Assembly (NCBI GenBank): GCA_951406725.2
Contig: OX597817.1
Span: 106,144,001-106,208,000, forward strand
DNA: 64,000 nucleotides
Reading direction: 5' to 3'
From: Octopus vulgaris
Lineage: Eukaryota
This document shows, in pieces, positions 61,966 through 64,000 of the stretch; positions within the stretch are counted from its first letter, which is position 1; each line of letters opens with the position of its first letter. The translations under genes were made by a program, and so were the position numbers. A model generated the notes under the pieces. That model searched no databases and was not told where the DNA came from. It saw only the letters and a list, made by a program, of their open reading frames with translations.

Positions 61966-64000
61966 AAGAATATACACTTTTCTTTCTATACATAAAAATT
62001 TGCTGATCTTTTGGTCATAAGAAAAGGAAAACGAAAGCTTGCAAAGGTGACACTGAATAGTTAACACCTCTAAAATATATTTTAACCGCTGAAGTTGAAA
62101 TATAATATTTTCACCTATTAATCCCTTAATATTATTTTGGGTGATAAAAATTTCAACAGTGATATTTAAACACGAGTATAGGCCAATCTTAATTTGAAAT
62201 TAAAAGTAAACTAACGGTTTAATTGAACTATTAGTTCATAGTTTAATTGATTTATTAATGTGCGCGTATTATGCTTTTCAAGCACATTGTTCGTGCGGAT
62301 TTATATTCTTTGTCTAGGATTTGCTGAATCGAAACAACTGAGGTTCATAACGTGACAGGAGCGCTACTTTTGTAACTGTAATCAAAACGCAAGATTACAC
62401 CGAGCACTCAGCAAGTACGAAGAGTGAATTAGTTCTCTGTACAAGCCGAAGTGTAAAATTAACGAATATTTCGTGATCTCGTAGTGCTGTGTTCAAATCC
62501 CTATATGCTTGGGGAAAACGCTATGTATTTTTGAATCACTATATGAAGCCCATATCTAGTACCCTAACTCTAGTAGATTTAACTACCTTCACCACTATTG
62601 GCGTAGTCATTTTTATTAGGTTGAACTAAATATGTTGTTCTGTTGATATACTGGTATATCATTTCACTTAATTGCATTTAGGCGCTCGTATACTTGAGCA
62701 TGCATTTAAGAATCAAGGGCGGTAATCAAAAATGCTCACAAAATTTAGAAATTTCTCGTCGTTTGGGCTTCGTATGTATAAAATTAATTCAGTTGTTAAC
62801 TAAGAAAAATTAAAAGAAAGTATTCGCACACAATGTTAAATGACTACTGTTTTCCGAGAGCCGATGAAATTTTAAGTCATAAATATTGAATCAATTGTTT
62901 TTTTACGAAAAGATTTGAACCATAATAAAACCTATTTGAATGCAGTATTATAAACAATGTATTGTGAGGTGGATTTTATAAAAGGTTGAGTTGTAAATAT
63001 TCAATTAATTGTAGTTGATGACTACCAATATTTTAAATTTGAAATAAGTTAATCGAAAATAATAATTAATAGTTTCATTAATTAATAACCGATGTTTTAT
63101 TTAGATAAAGTCTTATTTAAAGAAATTTCTCGTCTCATTCCAGCAGTTTTGATTACTCCCACACCATCATTATTCCAAATTCCATTCATAATACTTAACT
63201 ATTTTAGCTTTAGACTTAATAGTATTTAGGAAAGTATGGGTATTTTATTATCTAACATTGTGACTATGGTGATAAGTCATACTTTCTGTGTTTTCTTTGT
63301 TATGGATCAATGTTTAGCCTATTGTGAGATGTGTAATAAATGATATAGTTTTGTGGAATATATCTAGTGGAAAGATATTCTTGCCATTGATAGAATGTTC
63401 TTCAGAAACTGCTGACTGCTAACAGTCAAACAGATCCATTGAATCACCACTCTATCTCTTGCTATGCATACTCTTGTTTTTTCTGTCTGTAAAACATTAA
63501 ATTTGATCCTTCAATCTTAGGACCATCACACTATGGAAATCCTTTCTAACTTTAGAATAACTGAATAAATCTTGAAATTAGCTTTCAATGAAATATAAAT
63601 GTTTTAAAAAAACCTAGTCAAATTGACATCATTACATCGTAATTTGCAAGTTTGAGCTCCTAAAAGTTACGAGCTTACAAATTATATTTGCTTATTTAAG
63701 GGTATATCATTTTCCTGATATACTAACTATATTATTGACCTTTTTAAGTCTTTAAAGTATTAGCAAATACTACAGTTGATGCATTGAGGCTTCAATGTTG
63801 TAATCCATAATTTCAGTTGTCAACCAACAAAGTCATTTTATAAAATTAAAGAGTGAGCTATTTCACTACAGGCAAGTATACATGAAACTGTCATGGTCTC
63901 ACATTATTGTTAGAACTATCAGAACAATTCAAGATAATTATAGACCACCTGATACCATATTCTCTGCAGAACAAAACAACGTATTTACAAGAAATAGCAA

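Noticed and set aside
63816-63876. Possible small exon with a GC donor
   Set aside because: Weak acceptor, non-canonical donor, and stops in the frame that would join the phase-2 candidates.

Overview
AT-rich eukaryotic genomic DNA that is almost entirely repeat-derived. The tRNA-derived SINE set, RTE LINEs and long (TA)n/(CA)n tracts point to an octopus genome (inference). No multi-exon host gene could be assembled; two weak candidate first coding exons on + suggest the window may be a large intron. Main elements: a 5'-truncated RTE LINE with a PHD finger inserted in its RT (23784-27300, -); a TSD-bounded Tx1/L1-clade LINE (33858-38722, -) inserted next to a hammerhead-like motif; a young CR1 fragment; three mariner elements, a mariner MITE and a DD37D (maT) element; Helitron, hAT and RLE-type fossils; a solo LTR; Penelope-type minimal hammerhead repeats; and over 30 SINEs. 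Top finding: a single 692-bp insertion (29067-29758) with a 13-bp TSD whose two 146-bp inverted arms each carry a hammerhead. 27 of its 31 arm mismatches share one polarity (A>G on the minus strand), consistent with an ADAR-hyperedited hairpin RNA written back into the genome. Other findings include a ~175-bp duplication flanking a SINE, a reconstructable ~1.5-kb inversion, and SINE heads swapping 3' tails with the RTE LINE. All counts are by-eye alignments, and boundaries of degenerate repeats are approximate.
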